Of a stretch of 64,000 nt of DNA, positions 29,907-40,791 are shown one piece after another. Position numbers and translations under genes: made by a program. Below the pieces are notes generated by a model that saw only the letters and a list, made by a program, of their open reading frames with translations, was not told the DNA's origin and made no database searches. Numbering within the stretch: the first letter of the stretch is position 1; each line of letters begins with the position of its first letter. This DNA is from Stenotrophomonas maltophilia (lineage in GTDB: Bacteria; Pseudomonadota; Gammaproteobacteria; Xanthomonadales; Xanthomonadaceae), in the NCBI GenBank assembly GCA_009912235.1, contig WNDS01000003.1:719634-783633 (forward strand), in the 5' to 3' direction.

Positions 29907-32294
29907 TCAGAACGTCATCGACGTACTGAACATCACCTGCCGCGGCGCGCTGCGCTGCAGGGTCTGGTAATCGCCGGAGAACGACGAGCCGGCAATCGTG
30001 GCGGTGCCGATGTTGTTTCGGTTGAACAGGTTGCTCACGTCCAGCCGGAACTCCAGGCCCGGCACGCGGCTCTGCGCGCCCATGCGGTAGGCCGCGTAAG
30101 CATTGACCTGCCAGAACGACGGCACGCGGATATCGTTTTCCTAGGTGAACGGCTGGCGCAGGTACTCGGTGCTGGTGGCACCAAAGCGCCAGTCACCGAA
30201 GTGCGCCGACAGGTCGCTCACCAGCGAGATCTGCGGGTAGCCCGGCTGCGCGTTGCGCTTGATCGGGTACACGGTATCGTTCACCACGAAATCGCGGTCG
30301 TAGTACGAGCGTGCAAAGGCCACGCCCTGGTAGAATTGCAGGTTGTCGGTCAGGTCTGTGGTCACGCCCAGGTTTGCGCCGATCACGTGCATCTTCGGCA
30401 TCAACCGCACGGTGTTGATCTGCGCGAACTGGGTGCCGATGGCCGCCGACAGCAGGCGGTTGCGGATATCGCTGTAGAACACGTCGGCTGTCACCGTGAC
30501 GCGCTCGAAGCGATGGGTGCCGCCCACGGTCAGGTTCCAGTCCTTTTCCGGACGCAGCGTGGGCGCCACGCGGTCGAACTCATCCTGGTCGGTGATGGTC
30601 CAGGCCGAGGCGGTGTAGCCGATGTTGCCACGCTGGGCCGCGCGGAAACTGTTCATGGTGTTGGCCAGGTCGATGAAGGCATCGGTCTTGGCCGTCGGGC
30701 TCCAGAACAGCGACACGTGCGGCAGGAAGTTGCTCTTGGCACGCAGCGTGCCGAACACCGGGCGGTCCGGCGCATCGCTGATGCCACCGCCGGTGGTGGT
30801 GAAATCCACGGCCTTGAAGCCCATGCCCAGCACCAGGGTGTCGGTGAGCGCGACATCATCGTGCAGGTAGAACTGCCGCGAACGGGTCACCCAGCGCGAT
30901 TCGTTTTCGGTTTTGAACGCCGGCCCGTAGACATCCCACGGCCCCACCGTCTTCAGCGGCTTGCCCTGGCCCAGCAGCGGCTCGGTGTACCACGCGGTAT
31001 AGGCGGCGGCCTTGCTCTTTTCCTGCCAGAAACCGGTGGTGAGCGTGTGTTTGCCCATCACGAAGCTCAGGTTGGCCATGCCACCCATGCGGTTCAGGTG
31101 CGGGCTCTGCACCTGCTCGGAGAACGGCGCGCCGTTGGGCGACGGCGTGGTGGGGTCGCTCAACGTGGCCTGGGTGTGGCTGTTGGCGTTGTAGAACTGG
31201 ATGTTGCCGCTCAACGCCGGCGAAATGCGGAAGTTGTGGGCGAGCGAGGCGATCTTGTCGGTGGTCACCTGGCCGGTGTCATACGGAAGCAGCTCGGCCA
31301 GTTCACCGCAGGTGTAGGCGCCGCACGGCTTGTCCTTGTTTTCCGGCAGTGCCACGTAGTAGGCCTTGGCATAGTCGGGGTAGAAACTGTCGGCGCGCCA
31401 TCCCAGCTTGCGGATCATGTCGAAGGAGATGTTGTTGTAGCCCCACACTTCGGCGTGGCTGCCGGACAGGAACAGGGTGAAGTCACCCCATGCCACATCC
31501 TGCTTGGCCTTCAGATCACCGCGCAGGAATTTCTGGGTGCCGCCGCCCTGGTACTTGTCGGCGGTCACGCGCTGCAGGTCCACCAGCAGCTTCGGGCCGT
31601 TCTCGCCGATCTGCCCGCTCTGCCCGGACACCGTGGTGACGCGCGTAATGTTGCTGCCCACACCCTGTTTGATGCGCAGGCTGGGCGTGTCCTTCAACTC
31701 GGCCAGCCGGTATTCCAGCGCGCCACCGTTGGCGCTGCTTGAAAACACGCTGACCGGCGAGGCGCCCGGGCTGACGGTGATCGAACCGATGCTATCGGGC
31801 ACGCCGACATTTACCACGCTGGTGCCGGTCAGCGACAGGAAGCCGTTGTCGTTCAGCGGCACGCCTTCGAAGGTGATGCCCATTTCGTTCATGCGGAAGC
31901 CGCGCACGAACAGACTGGTGGGCGAGATGTCCAGCCCGAGCCCGTCGGTGGCGGTGTAGCTGGCACCCGGCACGGTCTTCAGCCGCGACAGGCCGTTGTT
32001 GCCTTCGATATCGGCATCCATGTCGCCAGCTTTGATGACATAGCGGTTGGGCCCGACCACCTGGGTAGGCGCGGCGGCGGCGGAGTTGCGCGCCGCCACC
32101 ACGTCCAGTGCGGACAGCGTGGTGGGTGTGTTGCCGCTGTCGGCGGCGTCGGCGGCGTAGACCTGCGGCACGGCGCTGCAGGCTCCGAGCGCAGCCAGCA
32201 GCAGGGGCAGCGGACGGGCGGCCTTCGGACACGGGCGAACAGACAGCGGCTGCGGCAGGGTTGCCGCGCGGAGCATGGGGAAAGCAGGGTTCAT
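29907..32294 (-). pseudogene. TonB-dependent receptor with premature TAG
   Basis: TonB-box-like LDVV, plug (VRGF, EGVPLN), NLFN and terminal Phe. In-frame TAG at 30141-30143. Confidence 0.88.
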
Positions 32295-32932
32295 GGCACA
32301 TCCAGACAGAGGTGGGTGAAGGCGGGGCGCAGGCGCGCAGCCGGCACGGTGCAGCACCGCTGAAGCGGCGCCCGGCAGGCGGTGCGATTGCAATGAAGGG
32401 GCGGCGCCACTACGGCGCCTGCAACGAGGGACCGGTGCGATGACCACGCCGTGGCCGTGCCCGGTTCAGCAGATGGCAATGCGCATCTGCGCTGCTGCGT
32501 GTTCCTCGGTGATGAAATGCGGCGGTGGTGAAGTGATGCCGGAAATTCTTGCATCACATGTGCGGTTGCACCATTGCGCCTTGGTACAGCCGCGCTGGCT
32601 GGCGGTATGCCGCCGCTATACCGCGGTATAGCGCGCGCACGCGGGGCACGCTTTCATTGCTTCCGTAGTTTTCCCATGGCAGTGCAGGCAGCTGCGGCCT
32701 ATGGCCCATCGGTACCGTGGCCACCGTCTACACCACACGGGTGTCGCTGCGGGCGTAGCGCGCGGCACGCGCCTGCTGCCCACTGAACACTCCTTCATCG
32801 CCATGGCTGAAACCTGAATAGGCAAAGCCGGCTGGCGGGCGACGTAACGTTCGCACAATGTTGGCTTTCTACGGTCAGGTTGCGGGACGGACTGCGTCCC
32901 TGCGGTACCACCCGACGACAGGAGAAACGACC

Positions 32933-33352
32933 ATGTTCAATGCAGCCGGAATCAGCGTACGCGGCGTGGTGATGGCGCTGGCCGTGGCAGCGGCCACGCT
33001 GGCCGCAGGCAATGCGGATGCGATGTCGCGCAAGGACAAGCGCGCCGTCGTCGGGGCAGTGGTGGGCGGTGTGGCAGGCTCGCTGGTCTCCAACGGCGAC
33101 CCGGCCGCCATTGCCGGCGGCGCACTGGCCGGTGGCGCGATCGGCAACCTGACCACCCCGGACCGCCGCGACTATCGCCGTGATTACCGCAATGACTACC
33201 GTCCTGCACCGCGCTGGCAGCAGCAACGTTGGGAACAGCAGCGCTGGGAGCAGCGCCGCTGTGAACAGAACCGCTGGGAGCAGCGCCGTTGGGAGCAGGA
33301 GCGCTGCGACCGCCGCGCCTGGGAACGGCATAACCAGTGGCGCCACCGCTGA
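32933..33352 (+). CDS. Glycine-zipper exported protein with WEQxR pentapeptide repeats
   Basis: GAVVGGVAG / GGALAGGAIG; GGAG RBS; 15-bp repeat units at ~33215-33330. Confidence 0.75.
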   Translation: MFNAAGISVRGVVMALAVAAATLAAGNADAMSRKDKRAVVGAVVGGVAGSLVSNGDPAAIAGGALAGGAIGNLTTPDRRDYRRDYRNDYRPAPRWQQQRWEQQRWEQRRCEQNRWEQRRWEQERCDRRAWERHNQWRHR

Positions 33353-33534
33353 GCCGGTGATGCTCCACGTCAGGCCCGGGCCGATGCCCGGGCCTGCTGC
33401 ATTTCCCGCCGCGTGATCGACCGCGGCAACCGCATCGGGAGGCTTTCCCCGATGCACGCGCCCCGTATTGCCTGATAGCAGCACGCCCCAGGCCATTCCA
33501 TCATCGGGGCCGGTCATCTGCAGGAAGCGAGTGC

Positions 33535-35040
33535 ATGAGCCTGGTGCTGGTTCACAGCCGTGCCCGTGCGGGAGTGGACGCGCCACTGGTACGCGTGGAG
33601 GTGCATCTGTCCGGCGGGCTGCCCAGCACCCAGATTGTCGGCCTGGCCGAAACCACCGTGCGTGAGGCCCCCGACCGTGTGCGGGCGGCGCTGATGTGCG
33701 CACGCTTCGATTTCCCGCAGCGGCGCATCACCCTGAACCTGGCACCGGCCGACCTTCCCAAGGAGGGCGGCCGTTTCGATCTGGCCGTTGCCTTGGGCAT
33801 CCTCGCCGCCAGCGGCCAGATTGACCCGCAATCGCTGCTGCGTTTCGAATTCCTCGGCGAACTGGGCCTGACCGGCGAGCTGCGGCCGGTCGATGGCGCG
33901 CTGCCGGCTGCGATCGCCGCCGCCCGGTCCGGGCGCACGCTCGTGGTTCCACCGGGCAATGCAGCCGAGGCCGCGCCGGCCGAGCACGCCGATGTGCGCG
34001 TGGCACGCACGCTGCTGGAGTGCTGCGCCGGGCTGGTGAAGGACGATGTATTGCCGCGCGCGCAGCGCAGCGAGGTGTGTGCGGCCGTAATGCCTGATCT
34101 GGCCGACGTGCGCGGGCAGCCACACGCACGCCGCGCCCTGGAAGTCGCTGCTGCGGGCGGACACCATCTGTTGCTGATCGGCAGCCCGGGCTGCGGCAAG
34201 ACGCTGCTGGCCTCGCGCCTGCCGGGCCTGCTGCCCGATACCAGCGAAGAAGAAGCCCTGCAGAACGCGGCCATCGCATCGGTCAGCGGCGAGGGGCTGG
34301 ACCCGCACCGCTGGCGCCAGCGCCCCTTCCGCTCACCGCAGCACAATGCCAGCCCGGCGGCGCTGGCCGGTGGCGGCAATCCACCGCGGCCGGGCGAGAT
34401 TTCCCTGGCCCACCACGGCGTGCTGTTCCTGGACGAACTGCCCGAGTGGAGCCGCAGTGCGCTGGAAGTGCTGCGCGAGCCACTGGAAGGCGGCCTTGTG
34501 CGCATCGCACGCGCAGCGCGCAGCGTTGCCTACCCGGCGCGCTTCCAGCTGGTGGCAGCCATGAACCCCTGCCCGTGCGGGTGGGCCGGTGACCGCAGCA
34601 ACCGCTGCCTATGTACGGCCGAGCGCATCAACCGCTATCGCGCGCGGGTCTCCGGTCCGCTGCTGGACCGCATTGACCTGCATGTCAGCGTGCCCCGCAT
34701 GGAAGCGGCGGAGCTGCGCGAAACCTCGCCGCTGGGCGAGCCCAGTGCCAGCATACGCGCGCGGGTCGAGGCCGCGCGCCAGCGCCAGCAGCAGCGCGGC
34801 GGGCTGAATGCCTGCCTGCCACCGGCCGCGCTGCGGGCCTGCACGCGGCTGTGCGAGGCCGACCAGGATCTGCTGGAGCAGGCCATCGAGCGCCTGCAGC
34901 TGTCAGCGCGTGCCATGCACCGCATCCTGCGCGTGGCGCGCACCCTTGCCGATCTGGCCGGCAGCGACGGTATCCAGACCGCACACCTGATGGAGGCGAT
35001 CGGTTACCGGCAGCTGGATCGCGGTACAGCGCTCACGTGA
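33535..35040 (+). CDS. comM: YifB/ComM Mg-chelatase-like AAA+ ATPase
   Basis: NLAPADLPKEG, GSPGCGKT, GEISLAHHGVLFLDE, AMNPCPCG, SGPLLDRID. Confidence 0.92.
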   Translation: MSLVLVHSRARAGVDAPLVRVEVHLSGGLPSTQIVGLAETTVREAPDRVRAALMCARFDFPQRRITLNLAPADLPKEGGRFDLAVALGILAASGQIDPQSLLRFEFLGELGLTGELRPVDGALPAAIAAARSGRTLVVPPGNAAEAAPAEHADVRVARTLLECCAGLVKDDVLPRAQRSEVCAAVMPDLADVRGQPHARRALEVAAAGGHHLLLIGSPGCGKTLLASRLPGLLPDTSEEEALQNAAIASVSGEGLDPHRWRQRPFRSPQHNASPAALAGGGNPPRPGEISLAHHGVLFLDELPEWSRSALEVLREPLEGGLVRIARAARSVAYPARFQLVAAMNPCPCGWAGDRSNRCLCTAERINRYRARVSGPLLDRIDLHVSVPRMEAAELRETSPLGEPSASIRARVEAARQRQQQRGGLNACLPPAALRACTRLCEADQDLLEQAIERLQLSARAMHRILRVARTLADLAGSDGIQTAHLMEAIGYRQLDRGTALT

Positions 35041-35083
35041 GGCCCCGGCGTCCTGTGCGCGCCGGGGCCATATGCGGCGCCGC

Positions 35084-35692
35084 TCAGGCCGCCAGCGCCT
35101 CCACATCTGCGATCGCCGCAGCTACCGCGGCCGCGCGTGCATCCGGGCCGTAGGCCAGGCCCTCGGCACGCACGATGCGCACGTCGGTGATGCCGATGAA
35201 ACCGAGGAACCCACGCAGGTACGTTTCCTGGTGGTCCAGCGATGCCGCCGGCTGGCCTTCGCCGTACAGGCCGCCGCGCGAGGAGGCGATGATCACGCGC
35301 TTGCCGCCGGCCAGCCCTTCCACCCCGGCCTCGCCATAACGGAAGGTGCGGCCCGGCACCGCCAGGCGGTCCAGCCAGGCGCGCAGCTGCGAGGGCAACG
35401 TGAAATTGTACATCGGCGCGCCCAGCACGAGGGTGTCGGCGGCAAGGAATTCTTCCAGCAGCGCGGTGTTGGCGGCCACGGCCTGGCGGGTGGCTTCGTC
35501 AGCGGCGGCAACGCCCTGGAAGGCGAGGAATTCGGCGGCCGACAGGTGGTTGACCGGTGTGGCGGCCAGATCGCGGTAGACCACCTGCTGGCCGGGTGCT
35601 TCCTGCGCCAGGCGCTGGGTAATGGCCGCGGTGAGCTGGCGGCTGACCGACTGGTCGCTGAGGATGCTGGAATCAACGTGGAGAATCGTCAT
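35084..35692 (-). CDS. azoR: FMN-dependent NADH-azoreductase
   Basis: SVSRQL, PMYNF, SRGG. Confidence 0.88.
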   Translation of the reverse strand: MTILHVDSSILSDQSVSRQLTAAITQRLAQEAPGQQVVYRDLAATPVNHLSAAEFLAFQGVAAADEATRQAVAANTALLEEFLAADTLVLGAPMYNFTLPSQLRAWLDRLAVPGRTFRYGEAGVEGLAGGKRVIIASSRGGLYGEGQPAASLDHQETYLRGFLGFIGITDVRIVRAEGLAYGPDARAAAVAAAIADVEALAA

Positions 35693-35787
35693 GGCAAAGC
35701 CCTTAGTATAAAGTTGTAGCCGGGGCCCTGCAAACTAATCACGGTTCCGCACGCCTGCAATACGGCACATTTTGGGAACCCAGTAAC

Positions 35788-36189
35788 ATGCATGTGACCG
35801 CAAAACGCCACGATCTCGGTACGACGGACTGCCAGCGCGTCAGCCAGGTGCTGGCACGCGTGGGATAGAAATGGAGTGTTCTGATCATCATGCTGCTGGC
35901 CTCGGGGCCGCGCCGCTTCACCGAGATCAAATGCACCGTCAACGGCATCTCCCAGCGCATGCTCACGCTGTGCCTGCGCGGCCTGGAGCGCGATGGCCTG
36001 ATCAAGCGCACGGTGCATTCGGTGATGCCGCCGCACGTGGAGTACTCGCTGACACCGCTGGGACAATCACTGACCGAGCCGGTGATGGCGCTTGGCGGCT
36101 GAGCGCTGGCGCACATTGCCGACATCGATGCCGCCCGTGAGGCGTTCGATGTCGACGACAGCGCGCCGGCAGAGAAACCGCGCGCCTGA
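35788..36189 (+). pseudogene. HxlR-family winged-helix regulator with two nonsense codons
   Basis: KWSVLII, ISQRML, PPHVEYSLT; TAG at 35866-68 and TGA at 36100-02, both in frame. Confidence 0.85.
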
Positions 36190-36204
36190 GTACGGCGCGC
36201 GGCG

Positions 36205-37041
36205 TCAGTCGCGCAGCACGAACCGCTCGATGGCCAGCGCCACGCCATCCTCGGCATTGCTGCCGGTGGTGAAGCGCGCCACCTGCTTGGCCGCGTCGAT
36301 GGCGTTGCCCATCGCCACACTGGTGCCGGCAAACTGCAGCATGGTCAGGTCGTTTTCCTGGTCGCCGATGGCCATGACCTCGGCACGGTCGATGCCCAGG
36401 TGTTCGGCCAGCTTCTGCAGGCTGGGGCCCTTGCCGGCGCGGTGGTCGAACACTTCCAGGAAGAACGGTGCACTCTTGAGCACGGCGAAGCGATCGGTCA
36501 TCTCGGTGGGCAGGCGCGCAATGGCCGCGTCGAGGATCTCCGGCACGTCGATCATCATCAGCTTGACGAAGGTCATGCCCGGCGCCATGTCGGCCACCGC
36601 ACGGTAGGACAGCGGCACGTGCGAAAGATGCGCGTCGGCCACGGTGTAGATGCTGATGTCCTGGTTGGGGGTGTACATGCGCGCACCATCGAGTGCTTGG
36701 AAATGCACGCCAAGCTCGCGCGCGATGCGTTCGCAGTACAGGAAATCATCGAAGGTGAGCGGGAACTCCGCCACCACCTCGCCGTTGCCGACGCGCTGCA
36801 CGATGCCGCCATTGCAGGCGATGCAGTAGTCATCATCGCCCCTGATATCGAGCTCGCGCAGGAACGGAGCCAGCCCGGATACCGGCCGGCCACTGGCCAG
36901 CACCACCTGCACGCCCTGCTGCCGCGCACGGGTGATGGCCTGCTTCACGCGCGGGGTGATGCGGTGCGCCGGGTCCAGCAGGGTGCCATCCATGTCGATG
37001 GCAACCAGCTTGACGGAGGAGGAGGTGCGTTGGGTGTCCAT
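36205..37041 (-). CDS. yidA: Cof-type HAD sugar phosphatase (YidA-like)
   Basis: DMDGTLL, SGRP, GDQENDLTM. Confidence 0.85.
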   Translation of the reverse strand: MDTQRTSSSVKLVAIDMDGTLLDPAHRITPRVKQAITRARQQGVQVVLASGRPVSGLAPFLRELDIRGDDDYCIACNGGIVQRVGNGEVVAEFPLTFDDFLYCERIARELGVHFQALDGARMYTPNQDISIYTVADAHLSHVPLSYRAVADMAPGMTFVKLMMIDVPEILDAAIARLPTEMTDRFAVLKSAPFFLEVFDHRAGKGPSLQKLAEHLGIDRAEVMAIGDQENDLTMLQFAGTSVAMGNAIDAAKQVARFTTGSNAEDGVALAIERFVLRD

Positions 37042-37182
37042 GCGGTACTGCCTGCTGCGGATGTGCCGGTGTACCGGCTATTTTAATGCAGCGGGCCCGC
37101 CGGGGCCCGTTGCTGGCGGCGAGCCTGGGCTGCCGGCGTGCAATGGACCGGGCGTCACCGCCCGGCCCGGAACCCGGCGTGC

Positions 37183-38028
37183 TTACTCGCCGGGTGGGTA
37201 ATCGGCGCTCAGGGTCAGGTCCGCCCAGCGGATCATCTCCGCCTGGCGCTGGGCCATCACCTCGCCCACCTGCTTGAAGCCGATCGAACCAAGCAGCAGC
37301 CGGCGCGGCGGCTGTGCCGAGGCCACCACGGCCAGCATCGCGTCGGCCGCACGCGCCGGATCGCCTGCCTGGCGCCCGTTGCGCTGTTCCAGCGAACGGG
37401 TCATGGCACCGGCGGTGGCCTGGTAATCCTCGATGCGGGCGGCGGCGTGTTCCATCGAACGGCCCGCCCACTCGGTACGGAAGGGACCCGGTTCGATGGC
37501 GGTCACCTGGATGCCCAGTGGCGCCACTTCCTGTGCCAGCGCGTCGCTCAGGCCTTCCAGCGCATGCTTGCTGGCGTTGTAGATGCCCAGGCCGGGAAAG
37601 CTGATCAGCCCGCCCATGGAGGTGATGTTGAGGATGTGCCCGCTGCGCTGCGCACGCATCACCGGCAGCACCGCCTGGGTGACGGCCAACGCACCGAAGA
37701 AGTTCACGTCGAACTGGCGGCGCGCCTGCGCCATCGAGGTTTCCTCGACAGCGCCTTCCATGCCGTAGCCCGCATTGTTGACCAGCACATCGATGCGGCC
37801 ATGGGCGGCCACCACGCCGGCGACAACCGGCGTGATCGCTGCTTCATCAGTGACATCCAGCAGCACGCCGTGGGCGCGCTCGGCATGCAGGGTTTCAAAG
37901 GTGACGCGCTGTGCTTCGTTACGCAGGGTACCCGCCACACGGTCACCGGCGGCCAGGGCCTTGATTGCCAGTTCACGGCCAAAGCCGCTGCTGACACCGG
38001 TGATGAACCAGACGTTGTTGTGTGACAT
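37183..38028 (-). CDS. SDR oxidoreductase
   Basis: TGVSSGFG, NNAG, YNASK. Confidence 0.88.
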   Translation of the reverse strand: MSHNNVWFITGVSSGFGRELAIKALAAGDRVAGTLRNEAQRVTFETLHAERAHGVLLDVTDEAAITPVVAGVVAAHGRIDVLVNNAGYGMEGAVEETSMAQARRQFDVNFFGALAVTQAVLPVMRAQRSGHILNITSMGGLISFPGLGIYNASKHALEGLSDALAQEVAPLGIQVTAIEPGPFRTEWAGRSMEHAAARIEDYQATAGAMTRSLEQRNGRQAGDPARAADAMLAVVASAQPPRRLLLGSIGFKQVGEVMAQRQAEMIRWADLTLSADYPPGE

Positions 38029-38092
38029 GCAATCGACCTCATTGGGGAAGGAGCGGGCCGCACAGGGCGGCCCGGACGGGGGAAGCAAGGAA

Positions 38093-39090
38093 TCAGCCCG
38101 GGACACCGGTACTCGGGATGGGATCGCGCCAGGCATCGAGTTCCTTGGCAACCGGCGCGATCTTCGCCAGCACCGCCGCCGGTGGCAGCAGCGCATCAAT
38201 GCGCGCGCGCTCGTGGTCGCCCAGCCGCAACGACGGCGACAACGAGGCCCGCAGTTCCTGCTCATCGGCCAGGCAGGCCGCCACTGTCGAAACACCGGCA
38301 GCACCGCGCAGCCAGGCCATCGCCACCTGCGCTGCGGAAACGCCATGCGCAGCGGCAATGCTGTCCAGCACGCGCAGGGTGTCCCCGGCCGCCTACTCAT
38401 CATTGGCCTGTGGCTGCAGCCACTCCAGCGCCTGCCGTGGGGCATGCTCGGCGGTGGTCGCCGCTGGTGCGCGGCAGGCCGGGCTCATCACAACGGCCGC
38501 CACACCCAGCTGGCGGCCGGCCGGCAGCAGCTCGCATTCGGCCAGGCTTGCCACCGGTGTGTACAGCACCTGCTGCAGCACGGGGGTGTGCATGCGCAGC
38601 GCGCGGGCGGCATGCACCGCACTGGCCAACTGCCACGCGGCGAAGCCGGACACGCCCCAGTAACGGATGCGCCCGGCGCGCATCAGCGCATCCACCGCCA
38701 GCACCAGTGTTTCCATCGGCACGCCGGCCGCGGGACAGCCCTGCAGTACCAGCACATCCAGGTAGGGGCGGCCGAGTTGCCGCAGCAGCGTGTCCACCTG
38801 CAGCTGCAGGTGGACACGCTGCTGCGGCCCAGCGCCTGTGCCGCGTCGGCCTGGGTGGGCACGCTGCCCATCACCAGCGCGTCGTCGCGGTATCCCTTCA
38901 ATGCCGCCGCCACGGCCTGCATCGCCTCGGCGGGTTGCTGCACATGCCCGGCATCGATGAAGCACACACCCGCCTGCCGGGCCAGATCCAGCGTGCGCCG
39001 TGCGGCGGCAGGGGCATGGTGCAACCCGGCCAGCACTGTGTCAGGCAGGGACGGCAGCAACGTGGCGTGGTCGCGGCGGAGGATGATCAT
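38093..39090 (-). pseudogene. Degenerate aldo/keto reductase
   Basis: GRIRYWGVS, AQVAMAWL; frameshift near 38830 and TAG at 38393-95. Confidence 0.7.
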
Positions 39091-39110
39091 CGAAGGGCTC
39101 GCAGGCAGCT

Positions 39111-39791
39111 TCAGTCGGTGGGGTGGGCGTTGGGGTTGGACGAGAACCAGCCGCGGCGGTCGTGGTACACGCCGAACTCGTCGACGATGGCGCCGTCCGG
39201 GCCGGCCTTCATGAAGTGCCACGTGCCGATGCGCTTGAGCGATGCCGCTTCACCGGCGCGCAGCACCGAGACGTTGTGGCTGTGCACCGGCCCGAACGAT
39301 GCCGGCAGCGGCGGCGGATCGGGCGTGGCCGGGCCGACTTCGGAGAACGTGTAGACCCAGCCGCGCAGCACGCGCCACGATTCGTGCTTGGCCGGCTTGG
39401 CCGGTGGCGTGGTGATCGCGCGGTGCACGTGCTCGGGAATCATCTGCCCGGGCAGCAGGTACATGGTCATGTCGAAGTAGCCGTGCTCGGCATCGTTGAC
39501 CCAGGTGACGCTGGCCAGGCCGACATGGGCGTAGTCGCCCAGGCCGAAATCGCTGACCCAGATCTGCGCATCGGCCGGAATGGCCGGTTCGCCGTAACGC
39601 ACCAGCATCGCCTTCACCGCCGCGCGCGCGGGCGCCTTCTGGAACACGCCATCACGGTAGAACTGCGCGTTGTCGGGGCTGTCCACGCCGGCAGCGGCGG
39701 TGGCAGGCACGGGCACCGGTGCGGCCAGCGCGGGCATGCACAGGCAGACGGCAGGCAGCAGCAGGCCGGCCAGCAGGAACGTGGCTTTCAT
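39111..39791 (-). CDS. Exported cupin, D-lyxose/ketol-isomerase-like
   Basis: LLPGQMIPEHVH, KHES, WHF..G..GAIVDEF; N-terminal signal peptide. Confidence 0.65.
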   Translation of the reverse strand: MKATFLLAGLLLPAVCLCMPALAAPVPVPATAAAGVDSPDNAQFYRDGVFQKAPARAAVKAMLVRYGEPAIPADAQIWVSDFGLGDYAHVGLASVTWVNDAEHGYFDMTMYLLPGQMIPEHVHRAITTPPAKPAKHESWRVLRGWVYTFSEVGPATPDPPPLPASFGPVHSHNVSVLRAGEAASLKRIGTWHFMKAGPDGAIVDEFGVYHDRRGWFSSNPNAHPTD

Positions 39792-39833
39792 GGGGTACCT
39801 CGTGGAGGGGTGTGGCGCGCGCGGGCGCCGGGC

Positions 39834-40721
39834 TCAGGCGCCCTGGTCCAGCCGGTGCTGGAAGGTGCTGATCTGCTGGTACTGCGCCAGCGCGGCCGGT
39901 TCGGGCACGTAGCCGAGCAGCTCACGCGAGCGGGACAGGTCGATGTGCGGCACGGCGTCGACCACACTGAACGGCTCGTACCAGAACTCGCGTGGGCTCT
40001 CGATGGCCAGCCGCGTGGCCTGCAGCACGTTCGCACTGCTGACGTTGGTACCGACCACCACCTTGTCGATCGGGCCGTAGCGCAGCGCCACGGTCTGCAG
40101 TTTCCGGTTCAGGCCGTGCCACGCCACGATCTGCTCGGCCATGACCTTGCTGGTGTGGTAGGACAGATCGATATCGCGGCAGCGCAGCCGGTCGGCGGGA
40201 ATGTACTGGGAGACAAACTTCTGCCCTTCGTTGATCGGGTAGGCGAAGGGGATGCCGTGCTCGATGCCGTAGATGGTGGTGGAGCTAGCATAGACCAGCC
40301 GCCGTACGCCGGCCGCCAGCGCCGCCTGGACCACGCTGAAGGTGCCCTGCACGTTGGTGTGGAAATAATCGGCATAGCTGCGGCCTTCCACCGGTGCGGG
40401 AATGGCCGCTTCCTGCACGACCACATCGCAGCCGGCCATGCGCGCGGTCAGCTTGGCCTGGTCGAGGATGTCATCGCCCTCGACCAGGTCGTAGTCGATG
40501 ATGTCGTAGCGGTCGTGGAAAGCGGCCACGAAGCGGCTGCCGACGTAGCCACGGTGGCCGGTGAGCAGGACGCGCGGGCGCGGGCCGCTGGGCTGCGGCG
40601 TTGCGTGTGCCTGCGCCTGACGGGTGGCAGCGGAGGCGAGGCCGGGGATGGCGGCGGCCACCCCGGCGGCGGCGGACAGGGTGCCGACATCCTTCATGAA
40701 ATCGCGGCGTGACAAGGGCAT
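39834..40721 (-). CDS. Tat-exported NAD-dependent epimerase/dehydratase
   Basis: SRRDFMK Tat motif; TGHRGYVG, YHTSK. Confidence 0.8.
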   Translation of the reverse strand: MPLSRRDFMKDVGTLSAAAGVAAAIPGLASAATRQAQAHATPQPSGPRPRVLLTGHRGYVGSRFVAAFHDRYDIIDYDLVEGDDILDQAKLTARMAGCDVVVQEAAIPAPVEGRSYADYFHTNVQGTFSVVQAALAAGVRRLVYASSTTIYGIEHGIPFAYPINEGQKFVSQYIPADRLRCRDIDLSYHTSKVMAEQIVAWHGLNRKLQTVALRYGPIDKVVVGTNVSSANVLQATRLAIESPREFWYEPFSVVDAVPHIDLSRSRELLGYVPEPAALAQYQQISTFQHRLDQGA

Positions 40722-40791
40722 GGCGAACTCCAGGTGCGCGTTGACTGCGGTTGGGGAGGCAGTGGAAGGTGCAACAGTGGAAGGTGCGGCG

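Noticed and set aside
29760-31742. 660-aa plus-strand ORF, and similar long ORFs such as 50842-53079 and 58993-61053
   Set aside because: Antisense shadows of real high-GC genes; no motifs.
33215-33330. CRISPR-like array
   Set aside because: Contiguous 15-bp coding repeats with no spacers; no CRISPR array or cas gene seen in the window.
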